From the NCBI GenBank assembly GCA_027623675.1, contig JAQBVF010000001.1:32001-96000 (forward strand): DNA of 64,000 bases, in the 5' to 3' direction. The notes below the pieces were generated by a model. That model made no database searches. It was not told the origin of the DNA and was given only the letters and a program-made list of their open reading frames with translations. The DNA is from Chloroflexota bacterium. GTDB taxonomy: Bacteria > Chloroflexota > Dehalococcoidia > Lucifugimonadales > UBA3495. Position numbers and translations under genes: made by a program. Of this stretch, positions 50,686 to 61,517 are shown piece after piece (position 1 is the first letter of the stretch; every line of letters starts with the position of its first letter).

Positions 50686-50700
50686 TTGGGATTTTTTGGG

Positions 50701-50788
50701 TCCTTCGACAGGCTCAGGTTGAGCCGGGGCAGGCGAGGACAGGATGAGCGTAAGCTTTCGAGTCCTCCGACGGGCTCAGGATGAGCGG
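50701..50788 (+). repeat. REP-like repeats (TCCTTCGACAGGCTCAGGATGAGCG type)
   Basis: Copies at 50701-50725 and 50763-50788, partial copy at 50740-50750. Confidence 0.7.
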
Positions 50789-50824
50789 GATAGATAAACG
50801 GAATCTGCGGGATAGTGGAATCTG

Positions 50825-52558
50825 ATGGAATTAACCGGCGCTGAAATAGTTTGCGAAAGCCTGCTCAAAGAGGGCGCTGATGTGGTGTTTGGACTGCCCG
50901 GCGGGGCGGTGCTCCCCCTATACGGGGCGCTCTCCAGCTACCCCGGCATCCGCCACATCTTGGTGCGCCACGAGCAGGCCGCCGCCATGGCCGCTGACGG
51001 CTACTCCCGCGCCACCGGCAAGGTCGGCGTTTGCGTCGCCACCTCCGGCCCCGGCGCCACCAACCTGGTCACCGGCATCGCCGCCGCCCAGATGGACTCG
51101 GTGGCCATGGTCGCCATCACCGGACAGGTGCCCAGGCCCGCCATCGGCCGCGACGCCTTCCAGGAGACGGACGTCACCGGCGTGACCTTGCCCATCACCA
51201 AACACAACATGCTGGTGATGGACGTTAAAGATGTGGCCCAAGCGATCCATGACGCCTTCCACATCGCCCGCACCGGGCGGCCAGGGCCGGTGTTGGTGGA
51301 CATTCCCAGGGACGTTTTGCTGGGCGAAAAGACCGAGTTTGTCTGGCCCACCACGACCAAACTGCCCGGCTACAAGGTCCCCGGCGAGGCGCCGGAATCG
51401 CAGGTTGCCGCCGCCGCTGAACTGATCAACAAGGCCGAGCGTCCGCTGATCATGGCCGGACACGGCGTGCTCATCTCCCATGCCTACGGTCTGATGACCG
51501 AGCTGGCGGAGAAGGCCCAAGTGCCGGTGATCACCACCCTCTTGGGCATCAGCTCCATCCCGTCGGACCACGAGCTGAACCTGGGCATGTCGGGCATGCA
51601 CGGCATGGCCTACGCCAACATCGCCATCGACGAGGCCGACCTGATCATTGGCTTGGGCATGCGCTTCGACGACCGGGTCACCGGCCGGATATCCGACTTC
51701 GCCCCCAACGCCAAGATCATCCACGTGGACATCGACGACTCCGAGGTGGACAAGAACGTCAAGACCACCGTGGGGTTGGTCGGCGACCTGAAAGCGGTAT
51801 TGGGACAGATGCTGCCCAAGGTGGAAGCCAACGTCCACATCGACTGGCTGCGTCACATCGAGGAACTAAAGATCCAGCACCCATCGCATCTGGTGCGCGA
51901 TTCCAACGAACTATTGCCCCAGTACGTGCTCCAGCGCTTGACCGAGGTTACCCAGGGCCGGGGCATCGTAGTTACCGGCGTGGGCCAGCACCAGATGTGG
52001 GCCGCGCAGCACTGCAAGTTCACCGAGCCCAATACCTTCATCACATCCGGCGGATTGGGCACCATGGGATTCGAGGTCCCAGCCGCCCTGGGCGCCCAGG
52101 TGGGCCGGCCCGACTCGGTGGTTTGGTCGGTGTGCGGCGACGGCGGCTTCCAGATGACCATGTGCGACATCGCCACCGCCGTGGAGAGCGGCGCCGACGT
52201 TAAATTCGCCATCTTGAACAACACATCCCTGGGAATGGTCCATCAATTGCAGGACATATTCTTCGAGAAGGACTACGTGGCCAGTGAGTATACCGCCAAC
52301 CCCGACTTCGTGAAGATCGCCGAGGCCTACGGCATCCGGGGCATCCGGGTCACCCAGCAAGACCAGGTGGTCAACGCGGTGCAGCAGGCAATGGAGACCG
52401 CCGGACCGGTGATCGTCGACTTCATGGTCAAGGAAGACGAGATCGTCTATCCGTTCATCCCTTCGGGTCAGTCGGTCAAAGAGATGTTGGAAGAACCGGC
52501 GCCCGGGGAACCTTCTTCAAAAAGTTCTTCAAAACGTTCTTCAACAGGGCGTTCCTAA
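50825..52558 (+). CDS. ilvB: Acetolactate synthase large subunit
   Basis: FG.PGG, RHEQ, TSGPGATN, GQHQMW, GDGGFQM...NN. Confidence 0.97.
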   Translation: MELTGAEIVCESLLKEGADVVFGLPGGAVLPLYGALSSYPGIRHILVRHEQAAAMAADGYSRATGKVGVCVATSGPGATNLVTGIAAAQMDSVAMVAITGQVPRPAIGRDAFQETDVTGVTLPITKHNMLVMDVKDVAQAIHDAFHIARTGRPGPVLVDIPRDVLLGEKTEFVWPTTTKLPGYKVPGEAPESQVAAAAELINKAERPLIMAGHGVLISHAYGLMTELAEKAQVPVITTLLGISSIPSDHELNLGMSGMHGMAYANIAIDEADLIIGLGMRFDDRVTGRISDFAPNAKIIHVDIDDSEVDKNVKTTVGLVGDLKAVLGQMLPKVEANVHIDWLRHIEELKIQHPSHLVRDSNELLPQYVLQRLTEVTQGRGIVVTGVGQHQMWAAQHCKFTEPNTFITSGGLGTMGFEVPAALGAQVGRPDSVVWSVCGDGGFQMTMCDIATAVESGADVKFAILNNTSLGMVHQLQDIFFEKDYVASEYTANPDFVKIAEAYGIRGIRVTQQDQVVNAVQQAMETAGPVIVDFMVKEDEIVYPFIPSGQSVKEMLEEPAPGEPSSKSSSKRSSTGRS

Positions 52559-52559
52559 C

Positions 52560-53111
52560 ATGGCCCAGACGAATCACACCGAACAGCACACGCTGATCGC
52601 CCTGGTGGAAGACAAGCCGGGCGTGTTGACCCGCGTGGCCAGCATGTTCCGCCGCCGCGGCTTCAATATCGCCAGCTTGGCCGTGGGCAACAGCGAACAG
52701 CCGGGCCTCTCCCGTATGACCTTCGTGGTCAACGGCGACGACTACACCGTGGGCCAGGTCGCCAAGCAACTGGACAAACTCATCGACGTGATCGAAGTCT
52801 CCGACATCACCAAAGAGTCGATTGTCACCCGGGAGTTGGCCCTCCTAAAGGTCACCACCACCCCGATGACCCGCGGGGAGATCATCCAGATCGTCAACCT
52901 GTTCCGGGCCAACATCATCGACGTCGGCAGCGAGTCGATGGTCATTGAGATCACCGGCGAGCAGGACAAGACCAACGCGCTGAACGCCTTGCTGCAGCCC
53001 TTCGGCATCATCGAGATGCACCGGACCGGCGTGGTGGCGATGGTGCGAGGCCAAGCCAACGGTCTGGCCACCGGATACGCTGGGCGCTGCAACGGCAGCG
53101 TGCACAACTAG
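52560..53111 (+). CDS. ilvN: Acetolactate synthase small subunit
   Basis: ACT domain PGVL.RVA..F.RRGFNI.SL, KQL.KLIDV, RTG. Confidence 0.96.
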   Translation: MAQTNHTEQHTLIALVEDKPGVLTRVASMFRRRGFNIASLAVGNSEQPGLSRMTFVVNGDDYTVGQVAKQLDKLIDVIEVSDITKESIVTRELALLKVTTTPMTRGEIIQIVNLFRANIIDVGSESMVIEITGEQDKTNALNALLQPFGIIEMHRTGVVAMVRGQANGLATGYAGRCNGSVHN

Positions 53112-53314
53112 CGGCGAGACTCCATATATGAGAGAAAGTGGCTGAGAACATTTCACCCCCGTCATAACCTTCCCCCGTGAAGTGGAAGGGAGCAACTCTC
53201 CCACGAAGGTGAGAGAGTTCGAGTGGCGGCGACGGCACACGGCAAACCACCCCGCACCGGCGACAACGGCACACCGCGGCAAAAGTCTAATACTTGGGAA
53301 GGACAAAAGGAAAA

Positions 53315-54310
53315 ATGGTAGACGTTTATTACGACAAGGACGCAGACCTGGCCCACTTGGCCGGCAAGACCATCGGCATGGTTGGCTACGGCAGCCAGGG
53401 CCACGCCCACGCCCTGAACCTGAAGGACAACGGCCAGAACGTGGTGGTTGGCCTTTATCCCGAAAGCCCCAGCCGGGCCGTGGCCGAAGCCGCCGGTCTG
53501 CGGGTTGCGGATGTGCCCGAGGTCGCCAAAGAAGCCGACGTGCTGATGATGGTCATTCCCGACCACATCCAAGGTCGCGTCTACCGCGAGCAGATCGAGC
53601 CGCACCTCCGGCCCGGCAGCGCCTTGATGGTGGCCCACGGGTTCAGCATCCACTACCGCGAGATCGTTCCGCCGGAAACCGTGGATGTCATGATGGTGGC
53701 CCCCAAGGCCCCCGGTCACCGCATGCGCGAGCTTTTCACCGAGGGCGTTGGCGTCCCCAGCCTGTTGGCGGTGCACCAAGACGCCACCGGTCACGCCAAA
53801 GACATCGGCCTGGCCTATGCCAAGGGCATCGGCAGCACCGGCTCCGGCGTGCTGATGACCACCATCAAGAACGAGACCGAGAGCGACCTGTTCGGCGAGC
53901 AAGCCATCCTCTGCGGCGGCGTGAGCGCCCTGGTCAAAGCAGCTTTCGATACCCTGGTGGAAGGCGGCTATCCCCCGGAGATTGCCTTCTTCGAGTGCCT
54001 CCACGAGCTTAAGATGATCGTCGACCTGATGTACCAGGGTGGCTTCAACTACATGCGCTACTCGGTCAGCGACACCGCCGAGTACGGCGACCTGACCCGC
54101 GGACCGCGCATCATCGACGAGCACGTCCGGGACAACATGCGGGCGGTGTTGAAAGAGATCCAGGACGGCACCTTCGCCAGGGAATGGATCGCCGAGAACG
54201 ACGAAGGCCGCCCCCGGTTCAATCCCCTGCGCGAGCAGGCCCAACACAGCCAGATCGAGGACATCGGCAAGGAACTTAGGGCCATGATGCCCTGGATGGA
54301 CCCGAAATAA
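53315..54310 (+). CDS. ilvC: Ketol-acid reductoisomerase
   Basis: [35 protein letters not shown]. Confidence 0.97.
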   Translation: MVDVYYDKDADLAHLAGKTIGMVGYGSQGHAHALNLKDNGQNVVVGLYPESPSRAVAEAAGLRVADVPEVAKEADVLMMVIPDHIQGRVYREQIEPHLRPGSALMVAHGFSIHYREIVPPETVDVMMVAPKAPGHRMRELFTEGVGVPSLLAVHQDATGHAKDIGLAYAKGIGSTGSGVLMTTIKNETESDLFGEQAILCGGVSALVKAAFDTLVEGGYPPEIAFFECLHELKMIVDLMYQGGFNYMRYSVSDTAEYGDLTRGPRIIDEHVRDNMRAVLKEIQDGTFAREWIAENDEGRPRFNPLREQAQHSQIEDIGKELRAMMPWMDPK

Positions 54311-54327
54311 AGGCCTCACCGCGGACC

Positions 54328-54405
54328 TGTCATTCTGACGAGTGAAGCGAGGAAGAATCTTCCAATCATCTAATTGGCAGACCCTTCGCTACGCTCAGGG
54401 TGACA
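54328..54405. repeat. Palindromic REP-like element (TGTCATTCTGA...AGAATCT...AGACCCTTCGCTACGCTCAGGGTGACA)
   Basis: Imperfect terminal inverted repeat tgtcattctga / tcagggtgaca; shares the CCTTCG..GCTCAGG core with the repeats at 50701. Confidence 0.7.
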
Positions 54406-54686
54406 TCTTGGCAGTGCTGTTTATGCCCCCCAACAGACACTGACGGTGCTCTTGGGGCAAAGCGTTAAATAGTGATCTCGCAACCTGGATATTTCGGCAG
54501 AACGAATCATTGGGAGCAATGTCATGAGAAATCTGGAGGCGCTGAGTGTAGTCCACCATCGCCCGCTGGTCCTGGCTGGGCTGGCGGCGGTGGACTACAT
54601 GCCCCTGCGACACCTTTCTGAAAGCCGCAGTTAGTGGACATAGCAGCTCAAAACCACCAACATCAGAAAGGGACTAGGTAATTAAA

Positions 54687-56252
<1,566 letters not shown>

Positions 56253-56360
56253 GCGGAGGCTGCAAAAGCGGCAAAAAACATGGGCTCCGGCGTCTCCCGG
56301 CATATCGGGAAGGCAGTCGGACCGGCTAAACCGGGGTAACTCCGGACGGCAAGGATCGGA

Positions 56361-56399
56361 AAAGCGGCATCGCTACTTAGCGGTGCCGCTTTCTTGTTT
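56361..56399 (+). terminator. Terminator after leuA
   Basis: aaagcggcatcgct-actt-agcggtgccgcttt-cttgttt. Confidence 0.7.
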
Positions 56400-56515
56400 G
56401 GCGGAGCCGGCGCGTGAGTAGGGCGCGGAACAAGAGTCCGGAGCGCCTCTGACTTAAGCCGGCGTGATTGACGAGACCGGCAGTGGCTAAGTATTATCGA
56501 TAATCGATATCGAAT

Positions 56516-56866
56516 ATGGATACCAGACGCGACATACTCAGGGGCTTCATCAAAGTTCACATCCTCTTCCATGCCACCGAAGAACCGGTGTATGGATCGG
56601 GCCTTATTGAGGAACTGGGCCGCCACGGCTATCACGTGAGTCCTGGAACATTGTACCCATTACTGCATTCGATGCAGGAGGAGGGCTATCTGGTGAGTCA
56701 GCAAGAGGTCGTGGCGGGCAAGGCACGCCGGTATTACCGGTCAACGCAACTTGGAAAAGAGACACTGGTGGATGCTCAGGACAAGATCAGGGAACTGGTG
56801 TCCGAAGTTCTCGGACCCTTGCCGGGAGATGGACCAGGAGATGGGCGGGAAGATGGGACTCTATGA
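56516..56866 (+). CDS. PadR family transcriptional regulator
   Basis: HIL.....P.YG..L.EEL......SPGTLYP.L..M...GYL....RRYY..T..G. Confidence 0.9.
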   Translation: MDTRRDILRGFIKVHILFHATEEPVYGSGLIEELGRHGYHVSPGTLYPLLHSMQEEGYLVSQQEVVAGKARRYYRSTQLGKETLVDAQDKIRELVSEVLGPLPGDGPGDGREDGTL

Positions 56867-58131
56867 GCGGGGACCCGCACGACGTTAGCCGATCGGCCGC
56901 CAGTCCCGTTGGGCCGGAAACCGAAACCTCCCCGCCGTCCGGTGGGTCGCCTTTCGAGGTGTTTTGGGTTGCTTTGCGCTTGGGCCTGACCTCTTTCGGA
57001 GGTCCTATCGCCCATCTGGGCTACTTCCGCGATGAGTATGTCGTGCGGCGGCCGTGGCTGAATGAGCAAAGCTACGCCGATATCGTGGCCCTTTGCCAGT
57101 TCCTGCCGGGTCCGGCCAGCAGCCAGGTGGGAATCATCGTTGGAATCGTCCGGGCCGGTCTTCTCGGTGGACTGTTCGCCTGGTTCGCCTTCACCCTGCC
57201 GTCAGCCATCGCCCTCGTCCTGTATGCCTATGGGGTCCGGGAATTCGACGTCAGCGGGGCGGCCTGGCTGCATGGCCTAAAAGTGGTGGCGGTGGCGGTC
57301 GTGGCCCAAGCGGTCTGGGGGATGAGCCGAAGTCTGGCTCCCGACCGTGAACGGGCGACCATAGCTATCTTGGCCATGGCCGCCGCTTTAGCCTGGCAGA
57401 CCGCAGCCGTGCAGGTGCTCATCATCTTGGGGGCGGGATTGGCCGGCTGGCGGTTGCTCCCCACGTCGCCCATCCAAGGTGAGCAAAAGAACCTGTCCAC
57501 CCGGATTCGCCCGTGGCTTGGCATCACGGCCCTGGCTCTGTTTGTTGTCATCTTAGGCGGGCTGCCTCTGCTGCGGCAGATAGAATCAAATCAGTGGCTG
57601 GCCGTGTTCGACAGCTTCTTCCGAGTGGGGTCGTTGGTGTTCGGCGGCGGCCACGTAGTATTGCCGTTGCTCCAATCAGAGGTCGTGGGGCCGGGCTGGT
57701 TGACCAACGAGCAGTTTGTTGCCGGGTACGGCGCGGCACAGGCTGTGCCAGGCCCGCTTTTCACATTCAGCGCGTATCTGGGTACGTTACTCCAAACCCA
57801 GCCGAACGGGGTAGCCGGGGCGGCCTTGGCGCTAGCGGCAATATTTGCGCCGTCTTTCTTGCTTGTGATAGGTGTGCTTCCATTCTGGGACGCGTTGAGG
57901 ATGCAGCCGGCACTCCAATCAGCGCTGCGGGGGATCAATGCCGCGGTGGTCGGTCTGCTCCTGGCCGCGTTATACACTCCGGTGTGGACCAGCGCCATCG
58001 AAGGCCCTTCCGACTTTGGCCTGGCGGCCGTGGCCCTTGGGCTGCTCATGCTCTGGAAGTGGCCTCCTTGGCTGGTCGTCGTATTGACCGCCGGCGGCAG
58101 CTCGGTTTTGGCCGCCCTGCCTAGCCTATGA
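56863..58131 (+). CDS. chrA: Chromate efflux transporter (long-chain CHR)
   Basis: LGLTSFGGP.AH, CQFLPGPASSQ, GSLVFGGGHVVLP, AQAVPGP. Confidence 0.93.
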   Translation: MSGDPHDVSRSAASPVGPETETSPPSGGSPFEVFWVALRLGLTSFGGPIAHLGYFRDEYVVRRPWLNEQSYADIVALCQFLPGPASSQVGIIVGIVRAGLLGGLFAWFAFTLPSAIALVLYAYGVREFDVSGAAWLHGLKVVAVAVVAQAVWGMSRSLAPDRERATIAILAMAAALAWQTAAVQVLIILGAGLAGWRLLPTSPIQGEQKNLSTRIRPWLGITALALFVVILGGLPLLRQIESNQWLAVFDSFFRVGSLVFGGGHVVLPLLQSEVVGPGWLTNEQFVAGYGAAQAVPGPLFTFSAYLGTLLQTQPNGVAGAALALAAIFAPSFLLVIGVLPFWDALRMQPALQSALRGINAAVVGLLLAALYTPVWTSAIEGPSDFGLAAVALGLLMLWKWPPWLVVVLTAGGSSVLAALPSL

Positions 58132-58208
58132 AAACCATGGAGGCGGTCTCCGTCTGACACTGGCAGCGCCGGGGAACTACGGATTATCACGATTGGGCTG
58201 AGAGCGAA

Positions 58209-58238
58209 CCTGTCTTGACAGCGATCGCAAATAAGGTT
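58209..58238 (+). pseudogene. Relic fragment encoding PVLTAIANKV (copy A; cytochrome P450 C-terminus-like)
   Basis: Same 10-aa peptide as 58505-58534, with only synonymous differences. Confidence 0.5.
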
Positions 58239-58286
58239 TGGACGGCTTCCGCCGTACTCCCAGGGGCGTTAGGCCGGTGAGAGCCC

Positions 58287-58501
58287 CTAAACCAGCTTCA
58301 TCTGGAAGCCCTTGTCCTGCTGCTGGCCTCGGGCGTTCAGGTGGACGGCCGGGTAGCCCAGCTCCCGCTGCCGCGCGGATAGTTCAGGGAAGCCGCTGAC
58401 GGTGTGGACCTGCTTGGGACCGACTGCTTTCACGAATTCGACCAGCATGTCGAATCCGAGGTGGCCGCTATCAGGTACACTGGCATCGGCGGCCCAGCCC
58501 C
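58287..58501 (-). pseudogene. Diverged duplicate of the 3' 215 bp of the MBL nuclease gene at 61518-62513
   Basis: Gap-free alignment to 61518-61732; encodes GWAADASVPDSGH...HLNARGQQQDKGFQMKLV*; lacks the 5' part of the gene. Confidence 0.9.
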
Positions 58502-58627
58502 CTGCCGGTGCTAACGGCCATCGCGAACAAGGTGGAGCCCATCGAACTTGCAGGCGATGCGGTGTGGCGTCGCAACAACTCCGTCCACACCCTGGTCCGG
58601 TTGCGAGTAATGATTCGAGGCGGTTGA
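58502..58627 (+). pseudogene. Probable cytochrome P450 C-terminal fragment (copy B)
   Basis: LPVLTAIANKVEPIELAGDAVWRRNNSVHTLVRLRV...*, resembling the post-L-helix end of bacterial P450s; followed by a terminator-like hairpin at 58670-58700. Confidence 0.5.
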
Positions 58628-59325
58628 TGCAGGCGCTCTTCGGTAATGGAGATGACCCATAGCGACCGGAAAACTGGGCTGCTGTCGGCGGCCCAGTTTT
58701 GTCTCTGATCTTCAGATAAGCTGTCCCCTATAGGCGGCGCAAAAACGATTATCATGAATAGGATTCTTTGAGAGATGCCGACCTAGCCGATGGAAAACCC
58801 GAAAACCACGTCTGAAATGACTCAGATCGCGGCTGGAAAACAGGCCCGGCCAGTCTGGTCATCTCAGCGAATCTTTATCATCGCGTCGATCGCCGGAGTG
58901 GTCGGCCTAGGCAATATCTGGCGTTTCCCCTACATGGTGGGGCAGAACGGAGGGGGGACGTTCATCGTCGCCTACGCCATCTGCATCTTTGCCATCGGAT
59001 TTCCCATCATGGTACTCGAGTCGAGCGCCGGTAATCTCACCGACCGTGGCCCAGTTGGGACCTTCCGTCACCTCAACAAGCGGTGGGGACCATGGATCGG
59101 ATGGTTCCTGGTAGCTCTCACCGTTTCGATCATGAGCTACTACTTCGTTGTGACCGGATGGACCCTTGGCTACATGGTCGATGCGATCCTTGGCAGGCTG
59201 GAATCGTTCGACGATTTTACGTCCGGTTTTTCTTCGCTGGGTTATTTCTTCGCGGTGGCCATACTGGTTCTGGTGGTGATGTCCAAAGGGATCGAATACC
59301 TGGAGAAGTGAGGTGGACCCCATCA

Positions 59326-60267
59326 TTAAGACAGGATTGGGGCAGGATTAAGTGAGGGTCCCGCTGTGTTTCCAAAGTCTACCAATTCTCTGCCTGGCAG
59401 CCACCTCCTCTCTTTCGCCTCTTCGTTCCATTCCGCCGTCTTTGAGTTGAACACCTCAGCGGGTGTCCGGTAGCCCAGCGCCTGATGGGGCCTCTGGATG
59501 TTGTAGAACCGGAAGTAGTTGTCGATCCCGTCCCTGGCCTCCCGTCCGCCTGAGTAGGCCTTCAGGTAGACCTCCTCGTACTTCACCGTCCGCCACAGCC
59601 TTTCCACGAAGATGTTATCGGAGTACCGCCCTTTCCCGTCCATGCTGATCCTGACTCCGTGTCGCTGTAGGAGCCCGGTGAAGGCCTCGCCGGTGAACTG
59701 GCTCCCCTGGTCGGTGTTGAAGACCTCCGGTTTCCCCCTGCACAGCGCTTCTCCCAATGCTTCGACGCAGAAGTCGGCGTCCAGGGTGTTGGACAGACGC
59801 CAGGCGACCACGTGGCGGCTGTACCAGTCCATGATGGCCACCAGGTAGAGAAAGCCACGGGCCATCGGGATGTAGGTGATGTCCGCCGCCCACGCCTGGT
59901 TGGGCCTGGTGATCTCCATCCCTCCCAGCAGGTACGGATAGACCTTGTGCCCTGGTCCCGGCCGGCTGGTCCTCGGACGCCGGTAGATGGCGGTAAGCCC
60001 CATGGTCTGCATCAGCCGCTGCACCCGCTTCCGGTTCACCTGGCAGCCCTGACGTCCCAGCCAGGCCTTCATGCGCCGGGACCCGTAGAAGGGCGTGGCC
60101 AAGTACTGCTGATCGATCTGCTTCATCAGGGCCAGGTCCTCGCAGGATGTTCCCCTGGGCCGGTAGTAGAGGCAGGAGCGGCTGACGCCCAGCAGGGCGC
60201 ATTGCCTAACTGTGGACAAGGCCGGGTGCCGCCGGTCCACCATCTCCCGCCGCCGCTCCCGGCTCAT
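59326..60267 (-). CDS. IS3 transposase OrfB (DDE integrase core)
   Basis: [41 protein letters not shown] overlap with orfA. Confidence 0.93.
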   Translation of the reverse strand: MSRERRREMVDRRHPALSTVRQCALLGVSRSCLYYRPRGTSCEDLALMKQIDQQYLATPFYGSRRMKAWLGRQGCQVNRKRVQRLMQTMGLTAIYRRPRTSRPGPGHKVYPYLLGGMEITRPNQAWAADITYIPMARGFLYLVAIMDWYSRHVVAWRLSNTLDADFCVEALGEALCRGKPEVFNTDQGSQFTGEAFTGLLQRHGVRISMDGKGRYSDNIFVERLWRTVKYEEVYLKAYSGGREARDGIDNYFRFYNIQRPHQALGYRTPAEVFNSKTAEWNEEAKERRWLPGRELVDFGNTAGPSLNPAPILS

Positions 60268-60566
60268 GGACCGGACCTTTCCCACAGAAAATCTCGCTCT
60301 ACCTTGAGCTGGCCGATCTGCTGGTAGAGCCGGGCCACCAGGGCGCCCTCGCCCTTCTGTCCTTTGTCCTGTTTCCCGTTGAAGATACCCGCCGCTCCTT
60401 CCAACAGAGCCTTCTTCCAGGCCTGGATCTGGCCGGGATGGACCTCGTACCGGATGGCTAGCTGGGCCACCGTTTCCTCGCCCTTGATGGCTTCCACGGC
60501 CACCTTGGCCTTGAACGTTGGGCTGTGCTTCCTCCGCTCTTTCGACATGTCCCACTCCTCTTCCAC
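60264..60566 (-). CDS. IS3 transposase OrfA (HTH)
   Basis: RRKHSP.FKAKVA.EA.KG..T..QLA..YEVHP.QI..WKK...[14 protein letters not shown]. Confidence 0.92.
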   Translation of the reverse strand: MEEEWDMSKERRKHSPTFKAKVAVEAIKGEETVAQLAIRYEVHPGQIQAWKKALLEGAAGIFNGKQDKGQKGEGALVARLYQQIGQLKVERDFLWERSGP

Positions 60567-61517
60567 AGCGACAGCTGCGGGTATTTTAGGAGCAGAACTC
60601 TCACTTAGCCAGCTGTCTGAAAAACCGGGTCCACCTCAAAGATCAGCCGGGTTATGTTGCCGCTGCTGGTGGTTGGAGTGATCGGCCTCGCTGTCTATTC
60701 CCAGACGCTGGAAGGGGCAGGCCAGGCTAATGACTTCTACTTTAGTTTTGACTCAGACCACTTCTGGAAGCTTCAAACCTGGCGGATGGCTGCCGGCCAA
60801 GCGTTTTACTCCCTGAGCATCGGCCTGGCGTTGTTAATCACCTATGGCAGCTACACACCTAATGGAGTCAATTTAGTTACTTCCTCGGTCGCCATCGTCG
60901 CCACCAACTCGTTCGTATCATTGATGGCCGGACTCATGGTGTTTCCCATCGTGTTCACCTTCGGAATCACTCCTGAAACTGGCAGCCAACTCTCCTTCAC
61001 AGCCTTTCCCGCCGTGTTTGGCGACCTGGCGGGAGGCAGGGCCATCAGCATTGTGTTCTTTGTCCTACTTTTCCTCGCCGCGTTTACGTCGTGCACCGGT
61101 GGGCTGGCAGTGGTGCTAGCCCCCATACGCGATGAATTTCAGACGCCAAGGTGGGCCGCCGCTGCCATCGGTGTGGCATTTGTCACGCTGCTGGGGATCC
61201 CGTCGGCGCTCAGCTTTACTTCGGTAGGCCTAGATATAAACGGCAAGCCGTTCTTAGACCTGATGGATCAAGTCACCGGATCAGGCGTGGTGATCGTCGC
61301 CGGCATATTGGGCGCCGGCCTGATTGCCTGGGGAATCGCGAAGGCGGACCTCTTGGCGGCCATGAATTCCAGATTGTCCAGCGAGTGGATCATCTACGTA
61401 GGCCGGTTTCTACCGGTCGGTGCCGTAGTGCTTCTCTTGGCCACTTATCTGTTCTGACCCTGGCCATTGCATCAAAAAATTGGAGCGGGGCTGTACGGTC
61501 GGTTGAAAACTAAGGGA

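Larger units (their letters stand above)
59309..60638 (-). mobile_element. IS3-family insertion sequence, 1330 bp
   Basis: Imperfect 26-bp terminal IRs TGAGGTGGACCC...AGACAG; 3-bp target duplication AAG (59306-59308 and 60639-60641). Confidence 0.95.
58790..61457 (+). pseudogene. Sodium-dependent neurotransmitter symporter (NSS/LeuT) family transporter interrupted by IS3
   Basis: VGLGNIWRFPY...NGGG.F before the IS; GQAFYSLS, TYGSY, LF.AA.TS after it; removing the IS and one AAG restores KGIEYLEK-ISRVMLPLL. Confidence 0.92.

Noticed and set aside
58287..58501. DGR template/variable repeat pair with 61518-61732
   Set aside because: The differences are not adenine-specific and many are synonymous; there is no reverse transcriptase in the window
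60270..60295. Programmed -1 frameshift heptamer GGGAAAG in the IS3 element
   Set aside because: It is out of phase with the orfA codons (TGG GAA AGG)
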